Below are positions 58,601-64,000 of a stretch of 64,000 bases of DNA, piece after piece (within the stretch, counting starts at the first letter, position 1; the number at the start of each line of letters is the position of its first letter). The notes below the pieces were generated by a model. That model had not been told where the DNA came from. It was given only the letters and a program-made list of their open reading frames with translations, and did no database searches. A program made the translations under genes and the position numbers. Origin of the DNA: the human T2T-CHM13v2.0 reference genome, Homo sapiens. Location of the stretch: the NCBI RefSeq assembly GCF_009914755.1, contig NC_060938.1; one strand, written 5' to 3'.

Positions 58601-59789
58601 GCCTCTTTCTTTTTTTAAAGGGCTGCTTTTCATATTGACCTACATGACTAAACCTGAGTTATAATTCAGAAGAAACAGTTGAACTATTGTGTGCCATCTT
58701 GTCATAAAGCGCAGGTTAGCACAAATGTCTTGCCAATGTCTTAAATGTTGCAATTTTTGTAAAATCTTCCGTGTGCCTCCAACATCTCCAGTTGGTGAAC
58801 AGATCTCACTGTATTTATCCCTGTTGTGTTCTTCCACATGTTTGTTTTGCAGCATAATAACACTTGACAGTTGTAAATTTTTCCGTATGTTCTGTTTTGT
58901 AGAGATAAACAATGTACTTTCTGTGTATTTCCCTGAGCTTTGAAGACTTAACTTTTGAAATAAACAATTCCATAGGATTTTATAGGAGGCTTTGGTACGT
59001 TATTCACACAAACTATTCTCCTTGAAAGGGAAGGTAGTTGAATGTTCATCCTTTTGATATAAACTGGTTAACTGAACTTTTCCAAGGGATCAAGCACAAC
59101 TTAACTGCTTTTAGCTTTGCAACCAGGGCAATGCAGACCAGACCAGTGTTTGAAAGTCTTTAAAAGTATTATTTGACATCATAAATGACCATTCTGTGGA
59201 ATAAGCTCTCTAATTCTCTGAGTGGTTTACTTCAGTTAGAGGGATTAGTGAATTAGCTTTGGATTTGCTTATAATTTCCTCTTTTATCTTTTACAAATTA
59301 AAAAGTTGGTATCGGCATGTAATGATAGCATCTAAAACATTTATGTTGTGGTGGTTGTATCATAGAAAACATTCTTTAGGATTCAATTATAAGCAGCCTC
59401 CTTCCATTAGCATGTCAAGTTTTTCTGAGCAGTTTTATTTGTGAAAAATCAGTACAGATATTTTTATTCATAGCTTGATATCCTTTTTTTTTTTCTTACT
59501 CAAATGAATATCTGTTTCCTACCTTTCTCCCTCAAGATGCAGTGGTGCTTTTATTATTTGATTTTGTAAAGCCTGAAGGGCAGAAATATTTCTTAAGTTT
59601 TCCATTGTTAACTACAAACTTGGCTATATAAAATATACAAATCATAATATCTGTATGGTTATTTTTATTGTCATTTCTTTAACACACAAAATTTATCACA
59701 TTTATGCAAGAATTTTTTAACTTAGAAAACTCAAAATTGATATGTAAATTGGGTGGTAGCAACAATGTGTGGGATGTGGTACGTGGCCA

Positions 59790-60660
<871 letters not shown>

Positions 60661-61371
60661 GACTGAAGTTTGGGCATATGCCTGTGTTTACCTTTTATTT
60701 ATTAACTAAACAAACCCATCAGCCTTCTACAGCAAAATTGTAAGAATGAGATGTTGCTTCAAGTACATCAGACATTAGATGCTACATACATCAGGAAGCC
60801 TTTTATAGTTCTCTTTTGAAAACTGTACTACTCATAATATGCTGTTTCCTACTCACCTATGACCCTAGACTTCCTGTTTGCTCTAATGGTTGCTGTTAAA
60901 GGTATGACAAATTCAGCTGTAAAGTGTTTAGTTATCCACATCCATCTCTTTGACCACAAATTACCTAAGAATGGTGTTACACTACTTTTGTGGGAAAAGA
61001 GAAACATCATAATACTGGATACATAAAATCATAGCTTTTCCTTTCCTTGGGGGAATAATTCTGTTATCTACCCACTGTTGGGAGGTAGTTTAGATTGGTT
61101 AATGTAAGTATCAAGGGGGAAAATGGCTGTATTCAACAGAATTTGTTTCCCTTAATCTTATGGATAGCTTCACAATTCATGATAGCATAGTTATGCAACA
61201 TATATGAATAAGGATGAAGATGAGTATCATTTGATTAAAGTATAGCTTCTAAGACTTAAATGACCAGAAAGAATTGAACTGCGTTTAAACTCTACCACAC
61301 ACCTGCTCCTTATAGTAGGATAATCTGGTCAAGCCCTTGACTTCAAGGAGCTTGCTAACCCTGGTATTAAT

Positions 61372-61650
61372 TGATGTTTCCCAAACTTTAGTCAACTGAG
61401 TATCATCCTCACCATATTTGTTCTATCTCTGTACCGCTTGTACTTTTATTTACTTTGTAATTTTTTAAATTAACTTTTTCTTTTAAACTTAGCTTTATCC
61501 TAAGTGATAATACTCATGAAATCTTGGGTTTAAGGTAATAGTTATGTTTTTTCTAGTATCTATTAAAATATTGCCTAACAATTACAATTTTAGAAAGACT
61601 TTTCTTTTTACCACCAATGGTATGTCTATTTTGCTTTGGGAACTATTGTG
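61372..61650. mobile_element. Probable old hAT-Charlie MITE
   Basis: Inverted termini TTCCCAAA ... TTTGGGAA around an AT-rich interior. Confidence 0.4.
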
Positions 61651-61827
61651 CTAGTGATGATAATAGCTAGGCATTAAGTTAAATTGTCTTGTTTGTTCCT
61701 CACATCAATGTGATAAGCGTTGCTCTCTCTATTCAGTAAATGAAGACACCAAAAAATCAGAGAAGTTCAACAACTTGTCCAGGTCATGAGGCAAGCCAGA
61801 ACTTACCTGGGTAAGGTCCATATGAGC

Positions 61828-61979
61828 CCTTGGTCCTCACAGCATTCTTAGAGAATCACCCGGGAGCTTTTTGAAAATGCAAAATCTCTGGCCTCACTCC
61901 AGACCTCCTGAATCAGAATCTGCATTTGAACAAGATCCTCCAGGTGATTCTCATGCACATTAAAGTTTGAGAAGCACTG
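61828..61979. mobile_element. MER5A1-like MITE
   Basis: GAATCAGAATCTGCATT...GCACATTAAAGTTTGAGAAGCACTG. Confidence 0.8.
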
Positions 61980-62050
61980 AGCTTAACATTTGGGTATTCT
62001 GCCTCCCGTAGGAGAAGATGGGTGACTGGGTCATTAGTTTGGTTGTTCTG

Positions 62051-62432
62051 TGATCTGGTTTGGCTCTGTGTGCCCACCTAAATCTCATGTTGAACTATAA
62101 TTCCCAGTGTTGTGGGAGGGACCTGGTGGGAAGTGATTGGATCATGGGGGTGAATTTCCCTTTTGCTGTTCTTGTGATAGTGAGTGAGTTCTCATGAGAT
62201 CTGGTTATTTAAAAGTGTATAGCCCTTTCCGCCTTTGCTCTCTCTCCTGTTCTGCCATGTGAAGATGTGCAGGCATCCCCTTCGCCTCCTGCCACAGTTG
62301 TAAGTTTCCTGAGGCTTCCTCAGCCATGCTTCCTTAACAGCCTGTGGAACCGTGAGCCAACTAAACCTCTTTCTTTATAAATTACCCAGTCTCAGGTAGT
62401 TCTTTATAGCAGTGTGAGAATGCACTAATACA
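62051..62432 (+). mobile_element. MSTA-like solo LTR
   Basis: TGATCTGGTTTGGCTCTGTG...TAAATTACCCAGTCTCAGG...ACTAATACA. Confidence 0.9.
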
Positions 62433-64000
62433 GTCTCCTTGTCTCTCTGTAGTGTTATTTTCTTCATGCCATGCTATTCTGAGCTGCAACTATTTTTGAG
62501 CCATGTGATATTGATGCTAAGGTAGAAGATAATATTCTCAATCCTTTTGATTATTTTTTCTCTCCTAAAGTCATAATTTGTCCACTTTCCTTCCTTCCTT
62601 AATTGGAGTACCAGGACTAGCCTGAGGGTCAACATTTATACTCTCTTTTTTTTTTTTAATCCTTGTTTTCTTCCCCAGCAGCCACAGGTCAAGTTCTTGC
62701 CCCTTCTAATGGTCTGGTCATTTCTTTTCCTGTCTGCCTGAAACTGGCAGACCCTGAGAACTGTCTACAGGCCTATAGCTAATTCTCAGTTTTTCCTGGA
62801 TAGTTTTAATAGTATGGATGTCATCCTGACTCTTAGCTTCTTTTCCTTCTCCCACCAGTTCTCTGCCATTCAGCTATTTTACCGCTGCTTTTCTTTTTAC
62901 TAAGATGTGCCTATCTCTGCATCCATGAGGCCTCTGTTTCCATTCTACCTTGCAGCCATCTGCTTCTCACTTTTGCTGTTGTTGCTCGTAATTGTAAGTT
63001 TAATATAAGCAGCAGCCTCAGGAGACCCCATGAAAGCAATCTTCTGGAAACAGTCAAAGTGCTGGGAATTTGATGGTTGGATCTGGGAATATCAATAATG
63101 TCTACAACTGATGAATGTAGCTGGCTATAGATTCTGAAGTACTCCAGTGCGTCATCAGCATTTCATGAGTATACTGTCTGTGTGATTTTTTCACAGAGTT
63201 TCCCTTTGAATTTTATGTCTGCAGAGTTTCTAAACACTGCACCTGGCTCATACAGTTACAAGCCTTCTTTCTCAGTATTTATATAGTTGTTTATTCAGTC
63301 TCCAAGATGATTAGTTATTTGAGATGAGTAGAAGTTGCATCTATTCATGTAATCAGAGCTTGTTTTCTTGCTCACTGGTGGCCAGATACAGGTCATAATA
63401 GTATTTTATTTTCTTAACTTTGAATAGCGTTAAAGGGGAGTGGACTCATTTGAATTACAGGAGGTACTGAAAGAAAACTATATTATTCATTACATTTTGT
63501 AAAGCAAGGAACAAAGAGGAATAGTTGTTTCCTACCATGGTAATTTCAGACTCTGAAAGATCTGTTTATAAGCCAAATGTAGACATACCTATCCCTAACC
63601 CAGATTTTTTTATGGTCTTCAATTTTGTAATTATTTAGAATTGAAGGGTTTTTTTTCCTTTCTGCCACATATTTTTGTACACACCCTTTCTCCCTCCCCT
63701 TTCCCATGCTTTTGTTTCCTTGAGAAAAGGAGCGTCCCTCTTAGAGCATAGAATAAACATTCTTTGTGAAGTGTGACTTATTTATGCTTCAGGGGTTGTC
63801 AGTGTATACACAATAGAGAAGGTGATGGAGGCTCCGAGGCATGCCAAGTCAGCACTTTGTGCATGTTGAGGCCAAAGAGCATGTTAAGCAGGCTTAAAAA
63901 ATTTTAACAAGTCAGAACATTTTACAATTTCCATATTTATCAAACATGTCAGGGGATGGGATCACAAAGCCTTCCAGGGATTAACTGCCTCTCTGACTTG

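Overview
Primate (very probably human) AT-rich genomic DNA with no recognisable protein-coding exon, RNA gene or CpG-island promoter. It looks like the interior of one very long intron, probably transcribed on the + strand: the largest L1s and most LTRs are antisense, and the best splice signals are on +. The host gene could not be identified. Roughly half the window is interspersed repeat: about 22 Alus (J, S and Y types, many with target-site duplications, TSDs), L1s of several ages (a 2.4-kb L1PA8-like copy and a near-full-length old L1P nested in Tigger1), L2, L3/CR1, MIR, MaLR LTRs (THE1, MST, MLT1) and DNA transposons (Tigger1, MER8, MER75, MER5A, MER58, MER63). Most ORF-track entries are Alu/L1/Tigger by-products or chance frames. 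Subfamily names come from recalled consensus sequences, not a search, and boundaries of old elements are approximate. I cannot support a new biological system here. The best leads are a candidate 13-nt ATG-containing microexon (35308-35320), an enhancer/exon-like island near 8.9-9.2 kb, several template-switch repair scars (a templated insertion, a micro-inversion, fold-backs), two pre-miRNA-sized hairpins, closely spaced inverted Alu pairs, and an open PGBD4-like N-terminal mini-ORF in MER75.
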